A DNA stretch of 64,000 bases, taken from Alphaproteobacteria bacterium (GTDB lineage Bacteria > Pseudomonadota > Alphaproteobacteria > ATCC43930 > CGMCC-115725). The notes beneath the pieces were generated by a model. That model did no database searches. It was not told where the DNA came from and was given only the letters and a program-made list of their open reading frames with translations. A program made the translations under genes and the position numbers. Shown piece after piece: positions 55,773-64,000 of the stretch. The first letter of the stretch is position 1. Each line of letters starts with the position of its first letter. The stretch is from assembly GCA_019240125.1 (NCBI GenBank), contig JAFAYW010000339.1, forward strand, positions 30,607 to 94,606, read 5' to 3'.

Positions 55773-56165
55773 TTACCGTGAGTCGATCCGCTCCCAGGTC
55801 AATTCGCGGTACTCCTCGCCGACTGCATTTCGGCGGGGTGGCGGCGACAACACCACTCTGTCCCCCTCAAAGCGAACACCACGGACCTGCTCAGTCCCCA
55901 TTCGCGCTGGATCGGAAGCTGCGTCGACGCACGTCACCAATCGGCTTCCATCAAAGGTATAGTTGCCGCAGTACGAACTGTATTCGCGGGGGGTGCCGGC
56001 CGGCAGTTCGGTGCGCCCATCGCAGGTGACCGCCATCATGCGGCCTTCCGCGTTGAACATGACACGACCAAGCGGCTTGCCGCCGTAGGGCGTCGGCAGA
56101 GGCTTGCCATCCTTGTCACGCGCCGCGACCGCGACCAGTTTCCAGGTTCCGACAATCGAGGGCAT
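55773..56165 (-). CDS. Lipocalin-like domain protein (130 aa)
   Basis: The internal ATG at 56165 gives MPSIVGTWKLVAVAARDKDGKPLPTPYGGKPLGRVMFNAEGRMMAV...YCGNYTFDGSRLV. The GTW+L start and pattern are typical of bacterial lipocalin-like beta-barrel proteins. Confidence 0.7.
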   Translation of the reverse strand: MPSIVGTWKLVAVAARDKDGKPLPTPYGGKPLGRVMFNAEGRMMAVTCDGRTELPAGTPREYSSYCGNYTFDGSRLVTCVDAASDPARMGTEQVRGVRFEGDRVVLSPPPRRNAVGEEYRELTWERIDSR

Positions 56166-56314
56166 GTGTTCAATCCCTTGTGGGCTGCGTCCCACGGGTC
56201 CGCAGCCAATCTTTTGTACGTCTTGCGCCAGCGTTCCTGATTTGAGGCAGCACGGTCAAGCCATTCGTATATCGGTCGGAGATCCATCTCAGACGCTCAG
56301 CGACCACGCCTGTG

Positions 56315-56343
56315 TTGACGCTGCCTCGCCGCATTCCTAGATT
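56315..56343 (+). promoter_or_regulatory. Putative sigma70-type promoter for hrcA-grpE
   Basis: TTGACG (56315-56320), a 17-nt spacer, TAGATT (56338-56343), about 68 nt upstream of the hrcA ATG. Motif match by eye only. Confidence 0.35.
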
Positions 56344-56410
56344 TTGCGGACGCTGGCGTTGCATGGAACATCAATAGCGTGCCCCCTGGCGATGTGGCGC
56401 GGCACCTCGC

Positions 56411-57505
56411 ATGATGTCGGCGGCAGCGGAGAGGCAGGGAAAGCACGTGGTTCAGTCGTCGGCGCCGTCGCCGATCAGCGAGTTGAACGAGCGCAGCCGG
56501 GAGATTTTCAGGCTGATCGTGGATTCCTATGTGCAAACAGGTGAGCCGGTCGGCTCCCGCACACTGTCGCGGTTGCTTGGCCAAAACCTGTCGCCGGCGA
56601 CAATTCGCAATGTCATGGCCGATCTGGAAGAGGCCGGCCTGTTATTTTCACCGCATACCTCGGCGGGGCGGCTGCCGACCGAGGCTGGACTGCGCCTCTT
56701 TGTTCATGGCCTGCTGGAAATTGGCAACCTCGCCGAGACCGAGCGCCAGAACATTGAAAGCCTCTGCGCCGCTCGCGGAAAAAGCCTGTCGCAGGCTCTC
56801 GAGGAAGCGACGAGTGCCTTGTCCGGGCTGTCGCATTGCGCCGGAATGGTCGTCGTTCCGAAACAGGAGCGGCCGCTCAAGCACATCGAATTTGTCAGCC
56901 TCGGGCCCGGTCGCGCGCTTGTTGTGCTGGTCACCGAAGACGGCATGGTTGAGAACCGCGTCATCGAGGTGCCGCTTGGCATCCCGCCGGCAACGCTGAT
57001 CTCGGCCGGCAATTATCTGAACGCGCGTCTCGTTGGTCGCACGATCGAGGAGGCCAAAACCGATATCGAGGACGAAGTCGGGTCGCATAAGGCGCAACTC
57101 GACGCGTTGACCTCGAAGATCGTCGAAATGGGGTTGGCGAGCTGGGCAGGGGGCGATGGGAACAACGCGCTGATCGTGCGCGGCCAGTCGAAATTGCTCG
57201 GCGATGTCACTGCGCTCGCCGACCTCGAACGGTTGCGCACCCTGTTCGAGATGCTGGAAACCAAGGAGACCGTGCTGCGGCTGCTCGACGCCAGCAAGAA
57301 GGCCGAGGGGGTGCAGATATTCATCGGCGCCGAGAGCCACCTGTTTGGGGTGACCGGCTGCTCGATCATTATCGCCCCCTACCAGAACAGCCGCGAGCAG
57401 ATAATCGGCGCGATCGGGGTCATTGGCCCGACGCGCATCAACTATGCCCGCATCATCCCGATGGTGGACTACACCGCGAAGATGATAGGGCGGATCATAG
57501 GGTAA
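56411..57505 (+). CDS. hrcA: Heat-inducible transcription repressor HrcA
   Basis: LNERSREIFRLIVDSYVQTGEPVGSRTLSRLL...LSPATIRNVMADLEEAGLLFSPHTSAGRLPT is the canonical HrcA winged-helix N-terminus. The C-terminal motif is GAIGVIGPTRINYARIIPMVDYTA. Confidence 0.95.
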   Translation: MMSAAAERQGKHVVQSSAPSPISELNERSREIFRLIVDSYVQTGEPVGSRTLSRLLGQNLSPATIRNVMADLEEAGLLFSPHTSAGRLPTEAGLRLFVHGLLEIGNLAETERQNIESLCAARGKSLSQALEEATSALSGLSHCAGMVVVPKQERPLKHIEFVSLGPGRALVVLVTEDGMVENRVIEVPLGIPPATLISAGNYLNARLVGRTIEEAKTDIEDEVGSHKAQLDALTSKIVEMGLASWAGGDGNNALIVRGQSKLLGDVTALADLERLRTLFEMLETKETVLRLLDASKKAEGVQIFIGAESHLFGVTGCSIIIAPYQNSREQIIGAIGVIGPTRINYARIIPMVDYTAKMIGRIIG

Positions 57506-57509
57506 GGGC

Positions 57510-58115
57510 ATGAGCGACGATAAGGACGAGATGACAGGCGCGTCGGGCGCGCCAGCCAACGATTTCACCGGAATGGACCCAGGCGAACCCGGCGATGACG
57601 GCTTGGGCTCCTCCGATCGGCGCCTGCTGCAGATCGAGTCCGAACTGAACGAGACCAAGGATCAGCTGTTACGCGCGCTGGCGGAGACCGAGAATGTCCG
57701 CCGCCGGCTGCAGCGGGACCGTGACGATGCACAGAGATATGCGGTGACCGGCTTTGCCAAGGATCTGCTGTCTACCGCCGACAATCTGCGGCGGGCGCTC
57801 GAAGCGCTGCCGGAGGCAGAGGTCACCGATCCGCGTGTCAAGGGCATGCTGGAAGGCGTCGCCGCCACCGAGCGCGAGTTGCTCGGCGCTTTCGAGCGGC
57901 ATGGGCTGAAACGCATCGACCCGAAGGGCCAGCGCTTCGATCACAATTTCCACCAGGCGATCTTCGAGGCGGAGCGTCCCGGCGCCGCCGCCGGCACCGT
58001 GATTGAGGTGTTACAGCCGGGCTATGTCCTGCAAGACCGGCTGCTGCGACCGGCGATGGTCGGGGTTGCCAAAGGCAGCGGCGCTCCCAGCGAGGGAACC
58101 GACGACGCCGCTTAG
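57510..58115 (+). CDS. grpE: Nucleotide exchange factor GrpE
   Basis: LRALAETENVRRRLQRDRDDAQRYAVTGFAKDLL...FDHNFHQAIFE...V.QPGY.L.DRLLRPAMV are GrpE hallmarks. It starts 4 nt after hrcA. Confidence 0.95.
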   Translation: MSDDKDEMTGASGAPANDFTGMDPGEPGDDGLGSSDRRLLQIESELNETKDQLLRALAETENVRRRLQRDRDDAQRYAVTGFAKDLLSTADNLRRALEALPEAEVTDPRVKGMLEGVAATERELLGAFERHGLKRIDPKGQRFDHNFHQAIFEAERPGAAAGTVIEVLQPGYVLQDRLLRPAMVGVAKGSGAPSEGTDDAA

Positions 58116-58846
58116 GGCGCCCGTTGGCGGCGCTGCAACCGCCGCTCGACCTGGGCGAAGACGAGATCGGTCAGGATCGCGAACAGCGCGACCAGAACCG
58201 CGCCCTGAATGACGAACGGCACCTTGTCGGCGGCAAGCCCGTCGAAGATCGGCGTGCCGAGAGTTAGTGCACCGACCGTCGAGCCGATCGTCGCAGTGCC
58301 GATCGCGATCGTCACCGAGACGCGTACGCCGCTGAGGATTGCGGGCGCTGCCAGGGGCAATTCGACATCGCGCAGTCGCTGCCAGGCCGATAACCCCATC
58401 CCCGCCGCGGCGTCGCGCACCGCAGCCGGTATGCCCTCCAAACCGGCAATGGCGTTTTCGACGACCGGCAACAGCCCGTACAGGAACAGCGCGACGAGCG
58501 TCGGACGCGGCCCAAACCCGATCGCCGGCACCGCCAGCGCCAGCACCGCGGCAGGCGGAAAGGTCTGGCCGATCGTCGCCAATGTTGTAACTATCGGGCG
58601 GAAATCGCGGCCGGCTGGCCGTGTTACCCCGATCGCCACCCCGATCGCCAGGACGGCCGCGGCACCGCTCGCCGCCGCCACCAGACCGAGATGCGACAGC
58701 CACAGTTGGAAAAACGTCGCCCGCCCGAATACCGGCGGCTCGACCTGCGGGAAGGCCCAGTGGAACAGCGGAGCAAGCCAGGGCATTCCAAGCATGATGG
58801 CAAAAAACACCAGCCCCACGACAATCAGGGGCAAGCTGCCTCGCAT
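58112..58846 (-). CDS. Osmoprotectant (glycine betaine/choline-type) ABC transporter permease, YehW-like (244 aa)
   Basis: BPD-type permease pattern with an EAA-like loop (AVRDAAAGMGLSAWQRLRDVELPLAAPAILSGVR). Last gene of a 4-gene minus-strand operon. Its stop overlaps the grpE stop convergently. Confidence 0.9.
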   Translation of the reverse strand: MRGSLPLIVVGLVFFAIMLGMPWLAPLFHWAFPQVEPPVFGRATFFQLWLSHLGLVAAASGAAAVLAIGVAIGVTRPAGRDFRPIVTTLATIGQTFPPAAVLALAVPAIGFGPRPTLVALFLYGLLPVVENAIAGLEGIPAAVRDAAAGMGLSAWQRLRDVELPLAAPAILSGVRVSVTIAIGTATIGSTVGALTLGTPIFDGLAADKVPFVIQGAVLVALFAILTDLVFAQVERRLQRRQRAP

Positions 58847-58849
58847 AAA

Positions 58850-59776
58850 TCAGCGCACCAGATCGGCAAGTGTGACCGCCCCAAGCGGCCGGCCATCGGC
58901 GGCCGCGACCGGCACGCGGTCAACCCGCCGTGCCGCCATCGCCCCCAAGGCATCGCGCAGGGATGCGTCCTCGGGCAGTGCCTCGCCATCCGCGCTCTCG
59001 CCGTGGCGCAGGCGCTCGCCCACCTTACGTAGCGACAGCAGCTTGAGGCTGACCCCGTCACCCCCCGCGACGAACCGGGCGACAAAATCGTTGGCGGGGT
59101 GCTCCAGGAGGTCGAGCGGGCTGCCCGATTGCGCAAGCCGCCCGCGCTCAAGAACCGCGATGATCGAGGCGAGCCGCAGCGCCTCCTCGATATCATGCGT
59201 CACAAACACGATTGTTTTGCCGGTCTCGTGCTGGATGCGCAATAACTCCGCCTGCAACGCGGCCCGATTGACCGGGTCGATCGCGGCGAACGGCTCGTCC
59301 ATCAGCAACACCGCAGGGTCAGCCGCCAGCGCCCGCGCCACCCCGACGCGCTGCTGTTCGCCCCCCGAGAGCTGATGCGGATACTTGCCGCGATAGGTAC
59401 CGGGATCGAGGCGCAGCAATTCCAGCAACTCGGTGACCCGTTCACGCACCCGGCGGCGCTCCCACTTCAACAGGCGCGGCACGGTCGCGATGTTGTCCTC
59501 GATGGTCCAGTGCGGAAACAGCCCGTTCGACTGTATCGCGTAGCCGATGCGGCGCCGCAATGCCTCAACCGGCACAGACCGGATGTCCTCACCGTCCACC
59601 TTGATCGTGCCGTTGTCGAACGGCACCAGCCGGTTGATCATGCGCAACGTCGTGGATTTGCCGCAGCCTGAGGGGCCCAGCAGGACGCAGAACGCGCCAT
59701 CGGGGATACTCAGCGACAGATTGTCGACCACCCGGCGCTCGCCATAGGTCTTGGTGACGCCGGCAATCTCGATCAT
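58850..59776 (-). CDS. Osmoprotectant ABC transporter ATP-binding protein with C-terminal CBS-like region, YehX-like (308 aa)
   Basis: The internal ATG at 59776 gives MIEIAGVTKTYG. Walker A GPSGCGKST, signature LSGGEQQRVGVARAL, Walker B LLMDEPF and H-loop VTHD. The upstream 174 codons of the track ORF are Arg/Gly-rich shadow. Its ATG overlaps the upstream permease stop (ATGA). Confidence 0.93.
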   Translation of the reverse strand: MIEIAGVTKTYGERRVVDNLSLSIPDGAFCVLLGPSGCGKSTTLRMINRLVPFDNGTIKVDGEDIRSVPVEALRRRIGYAIQSNGLFPHWTIEDNIATVPRLLKWERRRVRERVTELLELLRLDPGTYRGKYPHQLSGGEQQRVGVARALAADPAVLLMDEPFAAIDPVNRAALQAELLRIQHETGKTIVFVTHDIEEALRLASIIAVLERGRLAQSGSPLDLLEHPANDFVARFVAGGDGVSLKLLSLRKVGERLRHGESADGEALPEDASLRDALGAMAARRVDRVPVAAADGRPLGAVTLADLVR

Positions 59777-60969
59777 CGTGCCACCACCGCGATCAGCAGT
59801 TGCAGCAGGAAATTGGCCGTGAGAGCCAGCAGGATCGCCGGCACCGCCCCCAGCAAGACGAGATCGACGGCATACTGTCCGAGCCCTTCGAACACAAAGG
59901 TGCCGAGTCCGCCGGCGCCGATCAGCGCCGCGACCACCGCCAGCCCGATGCTCTGCACCACGACGATGCGCAACCCGGCGAGCAATAACGGCGCGGCCAG
60001 CGGCAACTCGACCCGCCAGAAACGCTGCCGCTGCGTCATGCCGAGACCCCGTGCCGCGTCGAGTACCGCCGCCTCGACCCCGCCGATCCCAGCCACCGTG
60101 TTGCGCACCACTGGTAATAACGCATAGAGGATCAGCGCGATGATCGCCGGCGCCGGCCCAACCCCGCCGACTCCCAGTGTGCCCAGCAGCGGCAGAGCCA
60201 CCGCTAAGGCCGAAAGTGGCGCCAGCAGCAGCCCGAACAGCGCGATTGACGGGATCGTCTGCAACAGGTTGAGCCCGGCAAACAGCGGCGTCTGCCATTG
60301 CGGCCGGCGCACCGCCGCGATGCCCAGGGGGAAACCGAGCAGGATCGCGGGGCCAACCGAAGCGGCCACCAGTGCCGCGTGGCGCACAATCGCACCGGCA
60401 AATTGAGCCTGCCGGATATGGTACTCGCGGGTGATCGACAAAGCCTCAAAGTTGCCGCTCTGCGCCAGCAGCCAGGCACCGGCGGCGACAATGATCGCCA
60501 GCGCCAAGCGTTCACCGGCTCCCGCCTGCGCCCGCTGCAAGCCATCGATCACCGCCAGGCCGCTGGCGCCGAGCAGCACCCAGAATGCCGGCCCCAGCGA
60601 GACCCGCGACAGCGGCGGCCGCGTCGCCGCTGTCGCTGCCGCTCCCTGCCCTGCCGCATATAACAACAGCAGCAACAACAGCGCGGCCAGGCCCGCAGCC
60701 GCGCGATGCCGCCCCGGCGCCGGCGCCAGCAGCGATGCCGCCAGCAGCAAGCCGCCTAGCACGATGATGACGCCGCCCAACAGCGGCGTGGCCGTCAGCA
60801 ATCCGACCGGCTTGCCGGAAAGCAGCCGGTTGGGAGCGATCGTCAGAAAGCCGCTCGCGCCCGCCGCCATCGCCACCACGACAAGCAACGACGGCAATAC
60901 GCGATTGTGCGGCCGCAATGCGGACCGGCTGCGGCCGACATCGGCAACGGTCGCGCCGCCCGCGTTCAT
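59773..60969 (-). CDS. Osmoprotectant ABC transporter permease, YehY-like (398 aa)
   Basis: Extended hydrophobic N-terminal half plus a BPD permease core (VLDAARGLGMTQRQRFWRVELPLAAPLLLAGLR). Starts and stops overlap both neighbours. Confidence 0.9.
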   Translation of the reverse strand: MNAGGATVADVGRSRSALRPHNRVLPSLLVVVAMAAGASGFLTIAPNRLLSGKPVGLLTATPLLGGVIIVLGGLLLAASLLAPAPGRHRAAAGLAALLLLLLLYAAGQGAAATAATRPPLSRVSLGPAFWVLLGASGLAVIDGLQRAQAGAGERLALAIIVAAGAWLLAQSGNFEALSITREYHIRQAQFAGAIVRHAALVAASVGPAILLGFPLGIAAVRRPQWQTPLFAGLNLLQTIPSIALFGLLLAPLSALAVALPLLGTLGVGGVGPAPAIIALILYALLPVVRNTVAGIGGVEAAVLDAARGLGMTQRQRFWRVELPLAAPLLLAGLRIVVVQSIGLAVVAALIGAGGLGTFVFEGLGQYAVDLVLLGAVPAILLALTANFLLQLLIAVVAR

Positions 60970-61913
60970 GGCAGAAAGTGCTGTGACTGGAGATAGGCTT
61001 GCGCCACCGCGTCAGCATCCTCGCCAGCCACCGAGATCCTGGCGTTAAGTTGTTGCAGCGTCGTCAGACTCAACGACGCGAACACCGGGTTGAGCGCCGC
61101 CGCGATCTCGGGATGCTGCCGCAACACGGCATCGCGCACCACAGGCGCTGGAGCATAGACGATCTGCGCCCCCTTATCGTCGCACAGCGCGGTAAGCCGC
61201 AGCGCCGCCAGTTCGCCATCCGTGCCATAAGCCATCGCCGCGTTAACGCCGGAGGTGCCTTCGGCTGCGGCGCGAAGGGTCGCCGCCGTGTTGCCGCCGG
61301 ACAGCGTCAACAACTGGTCGGAACGCAGATGAAAGCCATAGGTCGACTCAAAGGCCGGCAAGGCTGCGGCGCTCTCGACAAACTCGGCCGAGGCGGCGAG
61401 CTTGAACCGGCCACCGCCGGCCAGGTACGTCGTCAGGTCATCGAGACATTTCCGGGCAGGAAATGAAGGCAGATCGCTGCGGATTGCGATTACCCAGGTG
61501 TTGTTGGCCGGCGCCGGTATCAACCACGTCAACCGATTGGCGGCAGCGTCCAGCTGTTTCACCGCCTCATACCCGCGGTGCGCGTCCCTCCAGATCGGAT
61601 CGGTCTCGCGGTGAAAGAACTGCGCGCCGTTGCCGGTGTATTCGGGATAGATATCGATCTGGCCGGCCGTTATGGCAGCCCGGAGGATGTTGGTCGGTCC
61701 CAGCTGCAGCTTGCGCTCGACCGGCAGCCCCTTAGCCGCGATTACATCGGCGATCATGTTGCCGAGCAGCGCACCCTCGGTGTCGATCTTCGAGGCGACG
61801 ACGACGGCTTTCTCGCCATAACTGGGGAACACCGCCGCCGACAGTAATACCAGCCCTGCCGCGACCGCAATGTGCCCGCCAACGCCCGCGGCCAGTCGCC
61901 AGCGGCTCAGCAC
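60966..61913 (-). CDS. Osmoprotectant (glycine betaine family) ABC substrate-binding protein, OsmF/YehZ-like
   Basis: Signal/anchor AVAAGLVLLSAAVF. VVVASKIDTEGALLGNMI...IDIYPEYTGN...W.IA.R is typical of OpuBC/OsmF-type binding proteins. GTG start at 61913. Confidence 0.9.
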   Translation of the reverse strand: MLSRWRLAAGVGGHIAVAAGLVLLSAAVFPSYGEKAVVVASKIDTEGALLGNMIADVIAAKGLPVERKLQLGPTNILRAAITAGQIDIYPEYTGNGAQFFHRETDPIWRDAHRGYEAVKQLDAAANRLTWLIPAPANNTWVIAIRSDLPSFPARKCLDDLTTYLAGGGRFKLAASAEFVESAAALPAFESTYGFHLRSDQLLTLSGGNTAATLRAAAEGTSGVNAAMAYGTDGELAALRLTALCDDKGAQIVYAPAPVVRDAVLRQHPEIAAALNPVFASLSLTTLQQLNARISVAGEDADAVAQAYLQSQHFLP

Positions 61914-62287
61914 GGCGACCGCGCCGCGCCGACGAAGCGTTCGACCAACGCCCGCAGATCAGCCGCTGCGATAGGTTTGCGGATCGCGTCATCGGCGCCG
62001 AGCTGGCGCGCGATGGCCAAAATGTTGAATTCCGCGTCCGGAACATCGCCCGACATCGCGACAATCCTTGCCTCAGGCCGTTCTCGCCGGATCAGACGGA
62101 TTGTCTCGATGCCCTCCTGCTCCGGCATGACCATATCGGTGATCACCAGATCTGGCTGCGCGTTGCGGAACACGGCCATCCCACGTTCACCGTTTTCCGC
62201 GGTCAACACTGTATGCCCACAGGCTTCGAGCATGCGGGTCATGACCGCCCGCACCACGCGATCGTCGTCGGTCACCAGGATTTTCAT
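61907..62287 (-). CDS. Single-domain response regulator (CheY-like receiver, 126 aa)
   Basis: The internal ATG at 62287 gives MKILVTDDDRVVRAVMTRMLEACGHTV...PDLVITDMVMPEQEG...RIVAMSG...IRKP. Its stop (61909-61907) overlaps the GTG start of the downstream binding-protein gene by 7 nt. Confidence 0.85.
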   Translation of the reverse strand: MKILVTDDDRVVRAVMTRMLEACGHTVLTAENGERGMAVFRNAQPDLVITDMVMPEQEGIETIRLIRRERPEARIVAMSGDVPDAEFNILAIARQLGADDAIRKPIAAADLRALVERFVGAARSPC

Positions 62288-62351
62288 CGCGTTCCCGAAA
62301 CCCCAGCTATCGGCGGTTGTTGACGCGATAACAAGCAACAGGGCCGGGTCT

Positions 62352-63506
62352 ATGGCGAAGCGCACTGCGCGTCAACACACGAACACCGAAACCACACCCG
62401 CGGTTATCCCGGATGAGCTGACGCTCGACCCGGTTGCGGCGGCCAAAAAGGCCAAACTGCGCTACGTCAACGACGAGATGCCGGGCATCACCCGGCACAA
62501 GGCCAATAACGGTTTTGATTACAAGTTGCCGGATGGCGGACTGGTCAGTGACATCGACACGCTGAAACGCATCCGATCGCTGGTGATCCCGCCGGCCTGG
62601 GCGGATGTTTGGATTTGTCTGCATGCCAACGGCCATCTGCAAGCCACCGGCCGCGATGCTCGCGGCCGCAAGCAATACCGCTATCATCCCCGTTGGCGCG
62701 AAATACGCGACGAGGCGAAATACGGCAAGATGCTGATCTTCGCCCGCGTCCTGCCGCTGATCCGCGAACGCGTCGACGCTGATCTCAAACGTCGCGGGCT
62801 GCCGCGCGAGCGCGTTTTAGCGGCGATTGTGCGCCTGATGGAGATGACCCTCTTCCGCATCGGCAACACCGAATACGCCAAGGCCAACAAGAGCTTTGGC
62901 CTGACGACGCTACGCGACCGACATGTCGAGGTCGAAGGGAGCCACCTGCACATCGCCTTCCGGGGCAAGCACGGCATCCGCCACGAAACCGACATCGCCG
63001 ATCGCCGCCTCGCCAAGATCGTCAAGGATTGCCGCGACCTTCCCGGCTACGAGCTGTTCCAATATCTCGACGACGAGGGCGAACGGCACACCATCGACTC
63101 CGCTGACGTCAACGAGTACCTGCGCGAGATCGCCGGCGAGGAAATCACCGCCAAGGATTTCCGCACCTGGGCGGCGACGCACCTCGCCGCCGCGGCCCTG
63201 AGCGAGTTCGAGCAATTCGACACCGAGGCCAAGAAGAAAAAGGCGATCGTGGGTGCCGTGCAAAAGGTGGCAACTCATCTCGGTAACACGCCGACAATCT
63301 GCCGCAAGTGCTACATCCACCCCGCAATTCTCGATGGCTACCTCGATGGCACGCTGCTCAAATCACTGGCCGAACAGACGCAGGATTATCTTGAGGAGCA
63401 CATCGATGGCATGCGCCCCGAAGAAATCGCTGTCACCGCGTTTCTGCGGCTGAAGCTCGGTGAGATGGCTCAGGAAAGCCGGTCCGCCGCCAGCCGCGCC
63501 GCCTGA
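62352..63506 (+). CDS. DNA topoisomerase IB (poxvirus-like bacterial type IB topoisomerase, 384 aa)
   Basis: The internal ATG at 62352 (MAKRTARQ) is preferred. LRYVNDEMPGITR, IPPAW.DVWIC...GHLQATGRDARGRKQYRYHP, FGLTTLR..HV, F.GKHG, TAKDFRTWAAT and CRKCYIHP (catalytic Tyr) match the TopIB signature set. The track ORF upstream part (61872-62351) is antisense to the receiver gene. Confidence 0.9.
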   Translation: MAKRTARQHTNTETTPAVIPDELTLDPVAAAKKAKLRYVNDEMPGITRHKANNGFDYKLPDGGLVSDIDTLKRIRSLVIPPAWADVWICLHANGHLQATGRDARGRKQYRYHPRWREIRDEAKYGKMLIFARVLPLIRERVDADLKRRGLPRERVLAAIVRLMEMTLFRIGNTEYAKANKSFGLTTLRDRHVEVEGSHLHIAFRGKHGIRHETDIADRRLAKIVKDCRDLPGYELFQYLDDEGERHTIDSADVNEYLREIAGEEITAKDFRTWAATHLAAAALSEFEQFDTEAKKKKAIVGAVQKVATHLGNTPTICRKCYIHPAILDGYLDGTLLKSLAEQTQDYLEEHIDGMRPEEIAVTAFLRLKLGEMAQESRSAASRAA

Positions 63507-63539
63507 GCGGCGGTTCGCAGCCTGCCTGCTTCTTAGGGG

Positions 63540-64000
63540 CTAAGCCGCCGCCTCAGCCTCGGCCGCATAGCGGTCGAGTTCGGCTTCGTCGATCGTTGTC
63601 GTCATCATGAACTGGAAGAAGGCGGCGCCGATCAGCGTGATCACCGCACCGACTGCCAGCGCCACCACGAATGAGCCGGTCACGTCAACGATAAACCCGG
63701 TCACGATCGGTGAGCAGGTGCCACCGAGGAACCCGGCGAAATTCTGATTGCTCGCGGCCGAGGCGCAATAAGCCTGCGGCGTCACCGCGGTGACCAGGAT
63801 CCATTTGCACGTGATGCCGAACTGCATGCAGAACATCGAGGCCGATACACAAGCAACTGCGGTGGTGCCATCGGTCGCCGCCGCGGCCAGACCGGTGAAC
63901 GCGGCCGAGGCGATTAACCCAATAATAAGCGGCAAGCGCCGGCTCGCCACCAAACCCACGCCGCGCGCCACCAACCAATCCGATAGCCAGCCCCCCACTA
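63540..64000 (-). CDS. MFS transporter, C-terminal part (gene continues beyond the right edge)
   Basis: The reading frame is open to the window end. Hydrophobic helices (LPLIIGLIASAAFTGLAAAA; FAGFLGGTCSPIVTGFIVD; VVALAVGAVITLIGAAFF) are typical of the last MFS TMs. Stop at 63540-63542. Confidence 0.75.
   Translation of the reverse strand, partial: VGGWLSDWLVARGVGLVASRRLPLIIGLIASAAFTGLAAAATDGTTAVACVSASMFCMQFGITCKWILVTAVTPQAYCASAASNQNFAGFLGGTCSPIVTGFIVDVTGSFVVALAVGAVITLIGAAFFQFMMTTTIDEAELDRYAAEAEAAA

Noticed and set aside
56166-56410. Search for a CIRCE operator (TTAGCACTC-N9-GAGTGCTAA) upstream of hrcA
   Set aside because: No match or near-match was seen. In alphaproteobacteria CIRCE normally sits upstream of groESL, not hrcA, so its absence is expected.
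58112-58115. Convergent overlap of the grpE stop (TAG) and the ABC permease stop (TAA on the minus strand)
   Set aside because: The overlap is real in the sequence but is a trivial 3-4-nt overlap of stop codons. No functional inference is warranted beyond the absence of room for terminators.

Overview
This is a visibly high-GC, densely coding chromosomal segment. Its gene content and synteny look alphaproteobacterial, of the Hyphomicrobiales/Rhizobiales type: purD/xseA divergent, rph-rdgB-hemW, hrcA-grpE, homospermidine synthase and GC-rich REP-like palindromes. I found no rRNA, tRNA, CRISPR array, transposase or integrase. About 55 protein-coding genes can be supported.

The main blocks are:
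- a 1246-aa GH26-like/Ig-like/FG-GAP repeat protein;
- a translationally coupled trio of two histidine kinases plus a TadG-like protein;
- a lower-GC patch holding a PAS hybrid kinase, a CheY-like receiver and a degenerate DHp-only ORF;
- an RND efflux pair and several MFS transporters;
- housekeeping genes rpsU, rhlE-like helicase, purD, xseA, rph, rdgB, hemW, ctpA, hss, pdxY, hrcA and grpE;
- a family-1 encapsulin with encapsulated-ferritin cargo;
- an extradiol-dioxygenase/hydrolase pair;
- an OsmF/YehZYXW-type osmoprotectant ABC operon preceded by a receiver gene;
- a bacterial type IB topoisomerase.

The standout is a head-to-head gene pair at 25085-32420. One gene encodes a 1764-aa protein with a DUF4062-type TIR-like head, a STAND P-loop NTPase, one predicted TM helix and about 20 TPR-like repeats. 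The other encodes a 627-aa protein with a TPR-like N-terminus, a SLOG-like Rossmannoid module and a class III nucleotide cyclase whose specificity residues look non-canonical. I propose this pair as a candidate, not-yet-named nucleotide-signalling conflict or immunity module.

All domain calls come from motif recognition by eye. No database search was run. Many long antisense ORFs in the track are GC-driven shadow ORFs and were rejected.
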